A stretch of 64,000 nt of DNA from the NCBI GenBank assembly GCA_002269645.1, contig NIVC01000891.1, positions 310,001 through 374,000 on the forward strand. Reading direction: 5' to 3'. Within the stretch, counting starts at the first letter, position 1. Each line of letters opens with the position of its first letter. The notes beneath the pieces are model-generated. The model was given only the letters and a program-made list of their open reading frames with translations. It did no database searches and had not been told where the DNA came from. Below, piece after piece: positions 36,835 through 48,800 of the stretch. The translations under genes were made by a program, and so were the position numbers. Source of the stretch: Macrostomum lignano (Eukaryota).

Positions 36835-38100
36835 TTAATCAGCAAAAACCGAGGTAGCTATTTTCTCCCGCAAGCCAGTTATTTGATCAATTTCTAAAGT
36901 TGTTTTTCTCATATAATTTCTTGCCAGTTTATTTTTTTCATGAAACGACTTCGATTCATCAAATTATGAAATTCCATATTTAAGTTTGTCAGGCAAAATC
37001 AAGTTTCACTTTCCTAAACAGCAAAAGAAGTCATGAAAAACACACAGCGTAGAAATCTGCGATAAAAATGAAATAATAATAGACATCTCAATTAAAAATC
37101 ATCTGACAAAAAGCAGCAAGCAGGAGCAACACAGGAAATTCAGGCAACACACAGAACAGGACAGCTGATGAACATCACAATCAGGGCATAAATTTATCGT
37201 GGCTAACAAATATTTAATGCCACATTGTTGCCATACGGTACGAATAGTGCAGCGCTGCGACAGATATCAAATTTCTGCTAATTATAATAAAAAGCAGCAA
37301 AGCAGAGAAGCAGACGGCTCTAAAAAGACCCAGCAAAAACTTTCGAGGCTCGGAGACGCGAACGAACTGTTTGAACTAAGAAGCAATTTGGAGAACACGC
37401 AATCGAGACGCGAACGACAGGCATGGCGCCAAGGTCCTACGCGGTGCAAGCGGTTTCTAATGGTGGCAAAAAACAGAAAGCAAAAAAACAACAGACAGCA
37501 AAGAAATTTTGTCCATTTGTGTTGCTTGAAAAAGCATTTCACAAAACCGATATTTTTGGCGATCAAGCGTCAACAGAATCCTGTCAATCGCTTGCAATAC
37601 CGCCTTCGATTCGAGCGTTTGATCTGTCAGGCTTTGATTTCTTTCGAGCAGACGCCAGGTCAAGTAAAAAAGTTTCGCATTTTTGTTGCTTTTTTGCTTT
37701 TTTGCTTTTTTCTTTGACTACGCCGTATTTGGCTTATTTGCCGCAATAGGAACTCGCCGAAGACCGCAACGACGGGCAGAAAAGAATCAGATTATTGTTC
37801 AAAATTTTCTTTGTAACAAATGACTGCTTTTCATTTTTTCTGCGCGGGTGCTGAAAAGATCTGTGGCGAACTTTTTTGTTCGTTTTTTGCTGCTTCAGTT
37901 TTTTTCGTTCTTTGCATCGCCGTAAATTTTTTTGCCGGCCTCGGAGCCGCAGCCGGCGCGAGAGGCGAAGACGCTGCAGATTTTCTTCAGGCTTTTCGGA
38001 TGAGCCAATGAGGAATCCCGGATTGGAGCAACGGTCAAAATCGTATTGAAGGCCTGGTCAGGGTTTCGTTTTGCAAAATGAATTCCAGGCAGAATGACTC

Positions 38101-39497
38101 TCAAGACTCGAGCAGGTTGATGAGCGGCAACTGGGAGAAGTCGTTGCCGGGATGTCGCTGGTGGAAGCGGAGGAGCTCGCGGTCGCAGAGCAGCCTCGCA
38201 CCGCTGACGGAGGCCCTGATGGCCAGGCACTCGTACGACAGGTCGGGCAGCGGGCTGTTCGGGTCGGCCGACATCTCCACGATTTTCCTCACCAGCTGGT
38301 CGTGATCCACCTGTGTGAGAGAGAGAGAGAGATTGGCACGCAGGCGCTCATTTAAAAAAAATCTTACCGAGTCTCCGAGCAAGCGAACGTAAAAATTCGC
38401 TCAGAAAAAGTGCGTGGGTGGAGTTTTGATTTGCGTCAGCAACTGCGGCTGTGCGCTCCTATGGCTATGCTATCTGTTGAGCGACCTCTGGGCGCCAGGT
38501 GCAGTTATCGTGAAGTCTCGCTTGAAATTACTAGCATTTTCTGTCTGTCCTCACCCTCCCCCTGTGCACTCTTTCATTCAAGCAGGCCGCTGCATTATCA
38601 AACACCTGATCTTGTTTAGCCAATTCGAAATCTTGAAGTCCCGTCAATTTGAATACCGAAACCCACTGAGTAACCGCAGCTCACCTTGATCATGCGAACT
38701 CCGTGCTCACAGCAGGCGGACACCAGCAGGGAGAAGAAGGCCCTGTGCAGCGGATTGTTCCACAGATTCTCGGGCAGGATGCAGAACAGCAATGACTGCG
38801 GGCTGAAATTGGGTAACAGGTTCAACCAGATTAAGGCAATTAAGTTCGACGCCAGGCTGATTGCAATAAATTTAGGTTTGAGTTCACAAGCATCCCGTCC
38901 GGTCCAAGCTTTACATCGATTTTTTAATCGTTATCAAATCCTGATAGAGTCCCGAGTGACCCCGACCGAATCTGGTTGAAACTTGCAACCAAAGTCCTGA
39001 TAGGTTCTGTCAGGATTCTATAGTCTATTGCCGAATGATAAACCAAGTGGTGTCGAACACCAGTTCAGGTTCTCATTCAGGTTGCTCAGATTGATGGAGT
39101 TTGCAACCGGGTATCAAAGCGAGTACCGGAGCCAGATGATTGTGAACATGGCCTTATCCCAATCATGTAGGCGCAAACTTACTCGTTCTGAACGGCGTCG
39201 ATGACGTGCTTGAAGCCGCCGATCAAGCGGCCGTCAAAGTTGGCCCGCGCGAGACTCTGCTGCATGAACGCGTTGATGTCGCTTGAGTGAGCCACGCCGT
39301 CGTTCACCATCGAGCTACAGAGCATTTGAAAGCGAACTCGAATATTAAATTCATTTCGAGCTTGCATTTAAAAAGCTCTCCTTATAATCGGTGTCGCGGG
39401 ACTTTTACCTCGCTACAAATGGTGGCACTTACCCAGATCTGTCGGGCCACAGGTAAAACATGTTGGCTGTATCGGCGCCGCCGGCGGCCTCGCCCAT
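38101..39497 (-). CDS. gadd45: GADD45-like protein; exons 39497 (or 39461)-39433, 39314-39183, 38802-38685, 38310-38101
   Basis: The spliced product ...MQQSLARA...IGGFKH...NDPQSLLFCIL...FFSLLVSACCEHGVRMIKV...PDLSYECL...LPLINLLES aligns with the GADD45 pattern. Phases 2,2,0 are consistent. Confidence 0.82.
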
Positions 39498-40940
39498 AAG
39501 ATTGAGTCCGGAGAACGATACGCAGCGGATGAATCGGCTGAGCCTCATGCAAGATTGGCGTTGCAGTCGGTTCAATGCTAGCAATAGTCTGCCGCTAATG
39601 CTAAGCTTGCGAATTTCTCGATTAGCCAAAGCTTCTCCGTGTCTTCGAGCAGAGATGAGCTGGCAAGGCTTTGTATAGTTTTGTTAAGGTTTGCAGGAAC
39701 TTGACTCGTTAAGCAGCGATCCACCGGGAGCGGGTGAGCGTCTTTATTTAGTCGCACAGTTCTCGGACTTTCCATGGCAACACGCAGCGACTGCGCGTAC
39801 ACTGCCGGGCCTGGGGTAGTGGCGGAGGGACGGCGGAGAGCGGCCCTCGCTAGGACGAGATTTTAATCTGGGGGGGGGGTTGCAAAACGGAGAGAAAAAT
39901 ACTCTGGATGTGAGTGGGGGTGGGTGGGTTTGAATTTCTCTCTCTCCCCTAAAGCTTAATGTACATTTTGCGGTGCTGACGTGGGCTCTACGTTGCAGCG
40001 CTGATTCTCTCAGCTCTGTCCCTGGCCCGGACATCAGGGGGGGGGGGGGGGGGGTGAGGCTTATCTGAAAACTGGAGCCTGGCGTACATTTATCTGCAAG
40101 TCTGTTCTGTCCACGCTGTCTCGCTGAGCGTTTCAGTCAGTAGACATTGTGCGCTCCAAATTAGGAACATACGTATCTAGCAAGTCATAACTTGCTTCTT
40201 CTGCTTGCTTGTCTAGCAAAATGTTTACGGCAGTTAGTGAATTGCACTGCACTTGGGCTTGTATTTGCGGTGTACACCGGCGCCAGGCACAGACTTTTAG
40301 CTGAATTGCGCCACGCTGGAGGAAAATGAGTCACCCACAGGCCCTGCCGCTGCCAGTGTACGCGACTGAGTACTAGCAAGGCAGCAGCCCGAGCCATTGA
40401 GCAGTTCCTGAGCGATGAGTCATCACTAGCTCTAAAAAGTGCAGGCAAGGTCGCAGGGAAAGAGGAATGTCTACGTGCACGCGGATATCAGGCATGCCAG
40501 ATCCGCTTGAGGTCAAATATTTTGGCCAATTTGTGTTCTAAGCTCCACCCTTCCCATGTTCTTGGCGCTGTTTTCTATCCTTCTCGCGCCACGCTCAATT
40601 TCTGAACGAACACAAGCGCACCACTCGATGCTTAATGCTCGTAGCCGAAAATTCACATTTCTGGCTTAATAAACAAGCAGCATTGTTTTTGTTATTCCGC
40701 TGTTTTATGTTTTTCATTATTACGAGCTATTCAATGTGGCTAACTTTTGAAGATTGGCCCCTTGACTAGTTAAGATATTAAGGATGTTTAAGAGAGTTTA
40801 AAGGTGTATAAATGTCTTTTAGCAATGTCTCCGATGTTGTTTGGATTTTAACAGCTCGATGACTTGACTCGAGTGAGCTTTGATGGAACTTGTCAAGGTG
40901 TACGTTATGTCACAACAAAATTAAACTAATCATCTGAGTT

Positions 40941-41305
40941 TCACACGGGACTCAATAGGACACAGCAGTTCTCAATGCCCTCATTCCGATTGAAAGCCAC
41001 TAGGCTGACCCACCCGGATATGAGTCCATCTGCATCCGCGTTTGAGTGAACTTTTTGGGGCTTCATATCGAGTGGACACGGCAGGCGCCACTTTTGCTCA
41101 TACAAAGCGGTCAAATATTTACCTAAGAGGGTTCGTGTACTGAGCTGAGCACGGTACGAGCCCAAGTATACTCAAAGTCCTTGGCTGATCCCAGCTTCCG
41201 TACAAGCAGGATATTCGAGTTCTGACGGACTTCCATTGTATGGACTTTTAAATTTAATCTGCTGAATGGCACTCCGAACTCAAGTTCCTGCTTCCTTTTC
41301 CACAA
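40941..41305 (-). pseudogene. Possible small, highly decayed LINE RT fragment
   Basis: Weak resemblance (LNLKVHTM...KDFEY...PIESRVKL) to the region after YADD; not reliable without a search. Confidence 0.2.
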
Positions 41306-41821
41306 ATAATTTTACAATCGTATGACAGCGTGAGCAGGACCGCAGAAACTGGCAGAATTCAATCGGGCCCTGGGAAAATAACAACAAGAGCGAGCGAGCG
41401 TAACAGTGCAGACAAAAACGGTGTAAACCCGACTCCGTCACTGACTTCTAAATTAGGCAATATGCGCGTTAAAATTTACTTTTGCTCGATTCCAAATATG
41501 GAAGTGGACAGCTGATGCTAAAAATAGCATTGAAAACAAAACAAGTCTCGAGATATCTGACGCCGCTAACTACATTCTAAGAATGGCGAGAACTTCGCTT
41601 CGCTTCACTTTATTTTCGACCGAAAGTAGACGAAGTATGTGTGAGTTTTCACAGCATTGAGGAATGCGACTTCATTTTAAATTGATACGAATTTTCAAAG
41701 TCAGAAATTAAGTAGGCTCCGGGATAAAATTATGTTTTTGGCAGTTTTGATTATAGGAAACGTTAGCTCAACAACATTTATGGTAGCTAGCTTCAGTAGT
41801 ATATAGTCAAGTTGGCGTCCC

Positions 41822-42184
41822 TAGCAACGGACAGGGGTTATTGGCGTCACTCAATCAACGGACAGGGATTATTGACGTCACTCCATCAAATGACCTGGGG
41901 TTTAGTGACGTCACTCCATCAAATGACCTTGGTTTAGTGACGCCACTCCATCAAATGACCTTGGTTTAGTGATACCACTCCATCAAATGACCTTGGTTTA
42001 GTGACGCCACTCCATCAAATGACCTTGGTTTAGTGATACCACTCCATCAAATGACCTTGGTTTAGTGACGCCGCTCCATCAAGTGACCTGGGTTTAGTGA
42101 CGCCACTCCATCAAGTGACCTGGGTTTAGTGACGCCACTCCATCAAGTGACCTGGGTTTAGTGAAACCACTCCATCAAGTGACT
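41822..42184. repeat. 32-bp minisatellite (TTAGTGACGCCACTCCATCAAATGACC...)
   Basis: Tandem copies related to the array at 45020-45553. Confidence 0.93.
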
Positions 42185-42847
42185 AGGAATAGGCGGTGCC
42201 CAGCAAAATAAAAAAGTTTTTGTAGCGCTCCATAATTTGGTTGATTTTCACGTTGTCGACTAAAATATCCTTGTCTGCTGACTCTTCTGTCCATCTGGTT
42301 GATACCCCACTGAATTCGCCCCTTGGTGCAACCTCTTGAAAGAACACAATAAAGCAATGTACACAGAAACTTGAACATGCATCATTCTATCGAGAACGAA
42401 CCATCTGAGACTGATTAATCTGTATAAAATGCAGTATATTTAAAAAATATGTTGCCTCGCACCTTTTTTTTGCTAATAGCTAAAATAGTGTAGCTCGAAA
42501 TTTGATATTTACTCGTAAAAAGTCCGGTTATTAAAACCATTGACGACTGTGATTTGCGCTTGTACATGTAATGCCAGAAGTGATCAAGTTACTTTCAGTA
42601 CTATAGAAAAGTGCAGAAAAGGTGCAAGAAAAAGTGCAGCGATAGATTCTTCAATTATACAAGATAAAATAAGAGACATCCAGGAAACAAGAAATACTGT
42701 CTGTTTCTTTCGTGACTAGCAGAAGTTGCATACGAATTCGTTATCATAAAGAAGTTAAAAATTGTTGCGAATCAACAGAGGACAGACTCTGATTTGTGAA
42801 TTCGAGCTGTCCTGTTCAGATTGGAGCTGATGGTCGGCTGCTTTGCT

Positions 42848-45800
42848 TCAAGCGGCCTCCTGGTCCTGCAGCGGCTCCTTGTGGCAGTAGGCGTTCTTCC
42901 AGATCTCCGAAAGACAGACGGTGGAGTGAAACCGGAAGAAGATGATCATGGGCAGGGTGGTGTACTTGATTATTTTCCAGCCCTTGGCGCCGAAATAATT
43001 CTCGTAGAAGTTGACGGAGATTCGCCGCTTGGATTCGAAAATGGCGGCCACCCACATGGCGAGGTTGGCGACCAGCAGCGCGATGATGATGCCCCTGGCC
43101 GGCTTCCGGCCCTGCAGGTAGAGCCGGCGGCTCAGCTTCCGGCGAGAGAACTGCGCGATGAGGAAGGTCTGGGAAAGCGCCTGGGCGCCGTCCAGCAGCG
43201 ATTTGAGGCCGTTGAGCTTCGTGACGATCCCGCTGCGACCAGTGCCGAACAGGCAGTGGTCCGAGCCCTGCTGGGCCGTGTGTTCGTCCATCAGGCAGGA
43301 GGCGGAGGACACCACGACAAAGAGGTTGTAGCAGAGCAGGCCGGACAGGCCCACGAGCAGCAGCTTGCCGTCCAGGTCTTCCCGGCCCCTGGTTTTGTCT
43401 ACTGACAGGCTGCTGAGGGATCTGCGGATTGGAGAAGCGTAAGTGGAGGATTACCTAAAGCGGGTGGCTTTCGCAAGATCAAGATTTCATAAGCTCGGTA
43501 TCGACGAATTTTTTCAAGTTTTGAGCTTGCGGAAGTAACCAACAAGAGTTCTGGACGGTATGAAGTTTCGAGCTTATAAAACTCCTCTCTCAATAAAACT
43601 CACTGCTTACTTACTCATGTCTCTTATAACAGTAGGATGTTTAGAGCGTCTCAGACTGAATTCTAAGTGTCAACATTACGAGATATTATTGTCTGCGCGC
43701 TTCTGCCGTTTAGCGGAATGGGCGTCCGCGCCTTCCCGCTGTGTCCGGGACAGCCCTGCAGCGCTTCTGCAGTAGTGGCTTGGGGTTTCTCTCACGAAAT
43801 AAAAACCTGGCGCAAGGTGCCACTCCATCAAAGTTCGTTCGTTATTGAAAGTGTCTGGACTAAAAAAACTTTTCTTCTTTCATTAGTTCGCCCCACTAGT
43901 GCGAGCATCCTACTCCCAAGGCACTCCCAAGGCGCTCGATAAGTTTTTACTCAAACCTGCAGGCGCCAGCACAGCAGAGTGCAGCGGTGATGAGCAGCAC
44001 GGAGCACTCGGCCGCCAGCACGGCGATGGTGTAGGCGTCCCGCCTGTCCTTGTCGGGCTTCGGCAGCAGCACCAGCGTGGCCAGCGGCACCACGATCAGG
44101 ATGACGATGAGCAGGCCAAAGAACAGGCCCTTGTGCGACTTGTGACACGTGGTGAACATCTTGAAGGATCGGACGGCCTGCGGCTGGCGTCGGTGCAGGC
44201 TCAACCGATTGGAGCAGGGGGCGCCAACTTTGCGGAAGAGTTTGAAGCAGACGGCGGCTGAGATGAGGCCGTATTCTACCGCGCACGGATACAGGAAGGG
44301 GCTGAGCGCGTGCGAAGAGCCGGCGTAGGTGGCCAGGGTGAGGGCGCACTCTGGAGAGGACATTATCCGAACAAGCATCTTATTTCTCTGATTCCCATTG
44401 AGGTCTATTCTCTCTCCTCTCTCCTCCCCGAGGCTCTCTTCTCGTTGCGAGTGACCTCAGATAGAGAAAGCACTGCCGACTAGCGATACGAGTATCTTTC
44501 CACCCAGCCTGTTTGCTGTGCTGTGCCAGCAATAGCAAGACTCAGTCATCTTTAGGTTCACCTTTTTGCTGGCTCAATAACTTGCATTACTCGTTAAACA
44601 CCCCAGAAAAAGTCAACGCTTTGTCTATAGAAAACACTTTACTGATAATTATGAAGTCTCATATTAAATGAATAATTAAGAAGTCTTATCCTCTGCAGCA
44701 CCTGTCTGCGACGAAGAACGCAGGGCTGACCGGTTCTGCCAGTTGCGACCATCTCCGCCGGCGGAGCCGTTGCCAGCAGCAACCGTATCAGGCTGCTGCG
44801 TCACGCTGAGAGCCATCTTCACCTCGTAGATGACCGCTTTCATCCAGATGCACAGGTTGGTGACAACCAGGTGGGCCAGAGCGAAGCGCACAGCGCTGGT
44901 GTACACTGTCACGACAACCTGCGAATTTCGGGGTGAATAGAAGTTCAGAGAGGTATAACATTGTTCCACCAGTACAAGCACAGGGGGATTTTTTCACGTC
45001 ATCAAAGGACAGGTGACGTGACATGACGGGTTAATGACGTCACTCCACCAAAGGACAGTGGTTAGTGATGTCACTCCATCAAAGGACAGGGGGTTAGTGA
45101 TGTCACTCCATCAAAGGACAGGGGGTTTGTGACTTCAGTCCATCAAAGTACAGGGGGTTAGTGATGTCACTCCATCAAAGGACAGGGGGTTAGTGACGTC
45201 AGTCCATCAAAGGACAGGGGGTTAGTGACGTCACTCCATCAAAGGACAGGGGGTTAGTGACACCAGTCCATCAAAGGACAGGGGGTTAGTGACGTCAGTC
45301 CATCAAAGGACAGGGGGCTAGTGACATCAGTCCATCAAAGTACAGGGGGTTAGTGACGTCAGTCCATCAAAGGACAGGGGGCTAGTGACACCAGTCCATC
45401 AAAGTACAGGGGGTTAGTGACGTCACTCCATCAAAGGACAGGGGGTTAGTGACGTCACTCCATCAAAGGACAGGGGGTTAGTGACGTCACTCCATCAAAG
45501 GACAGGGGGTTAGTGACGTCACTCCATCAAAGGACAGGGGCTAGTGACGTCACTTGCACAAGTGTTGCAGAAGTTTTTCATCAGCACTTAAAAATCAACG
45601 TTTGTACGTTTGAGTAATATGCGACGATTCGCATGAACAATTTAGCATATCAACCACAATACCACCATATCCAAATTTCACCAGCGCATCACCCCGGCTT
45701 CTCAAATTAGCCTCCAAACAAGGACAACTTCATGGTAGATGCCCAATGCAGCCAGGTAGGCTTAAGTCGTCCTTGCCTCCAACCAGCTACTCACCCGATG

Positions 45801-48800
45801 ATTCTTAAACAGATGAAACGTCTGCAGCAGGATGAACAGCAGGTGCACCAGCAGCTGCAGCTGCCACATCACACTGCGACAGTCGGCGCTGCTCGGCTGT
45901 TCAACCGTGTCCGCCAGCTTGAAGGCATCGTGGATCATCACGCCGAAGCCGAAGACTGCGAGGCGCGGAGGAGATAAGGACAAACGTTTTGATTTGGCAG
46001 TGCGGCTTTAGTCAAAGGAGATCGAATGACTGCCCCAGAAGAGCATACATGTACTTGATTTACCAGGCACGGCCCACCCTGCTTCTTCAGCCGTGAATGC
46101 ACAGCCTTTACTCGAAACAGGCTCGCCTACCTCGGCCCCAAACTGGATCTTTCTGACGCTTTCAGGCCTAAGGGATACCGTGCGAGCGACCATTCACGAC
46201 TGGACCAACCGGACCGCAACAAACGCTGCTCTTGATCGCTAGGGGTCGGCAGAATGGGCAGCGTGACACCTCCTAAGCTGCACCCGAACGAATCGGAGCC
46301 CCCTGCAGCAAAAGCATAGCCACATCGATAGCTCGTCTACCCTGCCGGTCCTTGAGGTATTTATTACTTGAGATTTCTTAGAAATTGAGACTTCGGTCCT
46401 GAGACTGCATCACTAGCTAGCTCAGGACACTCACTGATTGCCCCCAGCCGCAGGTAAAGATTGACTGCATCACTAGCTAGCTCAGGACACTCACTGATTG
46501 CCCCCAGCCGCAGGTAAAGGTTTATGCCTTCCACCGACACCCAGACGGCAGGCTGCGGTTCGTAGCCACCGCCAGTCGCCTCCGCCGCCTCCGCCGCCTC
46601 TGCCGCCGGCTGACCAGTGGCGGCCGCGTCAAAGCGAAGAGGCTTCAATTTCTGTTCCCTCCGCAGTCGGCCGTCACTGTTGTTACTGCTGCTGCCAGCT
46701 GCTGCTGCTGCAAGGAAAGACGGGTGCCGCTTATCTTACTGCTTTCAGTAGGCAATTCTGTATGTCATTTTTAGACTCGCATTCGATAGAAACTTTATAC
46801 TTTTTTCAATATAGAAATACGATTTCTTCAATGTCGATATAACTATGATAATTAATTACACCTGCCCTACTGGCCAGATGTGCAACCGACAGCTCAGTCG
46901 CAGCTATTGCGCGGCGCATCTGAAGGCTGCATACGGCTGTTCAGTCCAAGGACTGGGGGGGGGGTCGCCACACACACCCTCAATTAGCCCAGTTAATGCT
47001 GGCACCCATTTTACAGCTGGGTGAACTGAAGCAATGCAGAGTTAAGCGCTTGCTCAAGGACACAAATTGTTCCCAGTGGGTCGAGAATCGAACCCCCAAC
47101 CTTTCAGTCGTGAGTCCGACGTCCTAACCACAAGGCTACAACCCCCCTATATTGCTATAATGCCATTTGGAAAGCATATCAAATACTCTTTTTTGTTATA
47201 AACATGGCAGTTTCACTGCTTGACCGATTTCATTTCAAAAAGATTTTGCATCGATTGTCTGAATCCTAACAATTCAGAATGGTACAGTTTAAACTTTATT
47301 GAATTTGCAGACTTTTAGAGCTGTGCGCACCCTGCTGAGACCTGCAGTGGTGGTTGCCCTGCCGAGGCCCCAGGGCTGCCAGGGGCGTGGCCTCCGCCCC
47401 GTCTGGCACGGGCAGATGCGCCGTCAGCGCCACGCGAGCCTCCGCGTCCTCCTCTTCACTGCTGCCGCTGCTGCCGCTGCTGCCGCTGCAACCGTCGGCC
47501 TTCTGAAGCGTCGCGTCGGTGCTCAACGCGCGGCGCGGCTCCTTGAACCGGTAGATCACCAGGCTGATGAAGGCCAAGAAGACCAAGCCGGCGAAATGCA
47601 TGTACAGGTAGAAAATCTGTGGGGTGCAATGGGGGCTCAACTGGGATATTTGTGCTCGGTTTACAGGTGCCAAGGACTGTGGCTTCCGCTCCTGTCTCTT
47701 GGTTGGCGCCGCTGTCTCTTGGTTAGCGCCCCTGTCTCTTGGTTGGCGCCCCTGTCTCTTGGTTGGCGCCCCTGTCTCTTGGTTGGCGCCCCTGTCTCTT
47801 GGTTGGCGCCCCTGTCTCTTGGTTGGCGCCCCTGTCTCTTGGTTGGCGCCGCTGTCTCTTGGTTGGCGCCCCTGTCTCTTGGTGGGCGCCCCTGTCTCTT
47901 GATGGGCGCCCCTGTCTCTTGGTTGGCGCCCCTGTCTCTTGGTTGGCGCCCCTGTCTCTTGGTTGGCGCCCCTGTCTCTTGGTTGGCGCCCCTGTCTCTT
48001 GGTTGGCGCCCCTGTCTCTTGGTTGGCGCCCCTGTCTCTTGGTGGGCGCCCCTGTCTCTTGATGGGCGCCCCTGTCTCTTGGTTGGCGCCCCTGTCTCTG
48101 GTTGGGCACCTCCGTCTCTTGATGGGCGCCCCTGTCTCTGGTTGGGCACCTCTGTCTCTTGGTGGGCGCCCCTGTCTCTTGGTTGGCGCCCCTGTCTCTT
48201 GGTGGGCGCCCCTGTCTCTTGGTGAGCAACGAGGACGCGAGTACACCCACCGTCTCCGTGCCTTAGGGTTCAAGCTTAAAGAACTGAAATCCGCTATTTT
48301 AATGATTTGCCTACTAATAGTAGTTGTGAGATCCTGCGCACGTGACTAAAAATAAGATTCGAACTAATCGCGATGCCGAATGCTTCTCCGTTCGCTGGTC
48401 TGACTGACAACCCCCGAGGCAGCATCCCCAAAAAATCAATTTTTTTAGTCGCTACTTTTTAGCAGCCGCGAGGCAGTCAAGCTACTAATAGTAGGTCAAT
48501 TTTTGCAGATTTTCAGTTCTCAATCAAAACAAGCCCCATCCTTCGCCAAGTAACGAAATGTCAATTGTCAAAGTGAAACCGGTTTTTGCTGCGGGAAGCC
48601 AGCGCACTGAGTGCGACTGAATCCGATTTCCGCTTTACTCCGTAATTGTAGCAGAAGTAGGAAAAAATTTCCGGATTTTCAAAAATGTTGAAGAGAAGAA
48701 AGTTTGACTAACCAGACTCCTTGCGGGGGAACAACCGTCTCAGAGATGCTCTGATAATCCATAAAAGTCCGCGATATGAGCAAATAAAACCCGAGGCTAA

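Noticed and set aside
39350-40500. p53 response elements near GADD45
   Set aside because: Only isolated, imperfect half-sites; no paired RRRCWWGYYY.
41822-42184. CRISPR-like regular repeats here and in the other arrays
   Set aside because: Units abut with no unique spacers, there are no cas genes, and the context is eukaryotic.
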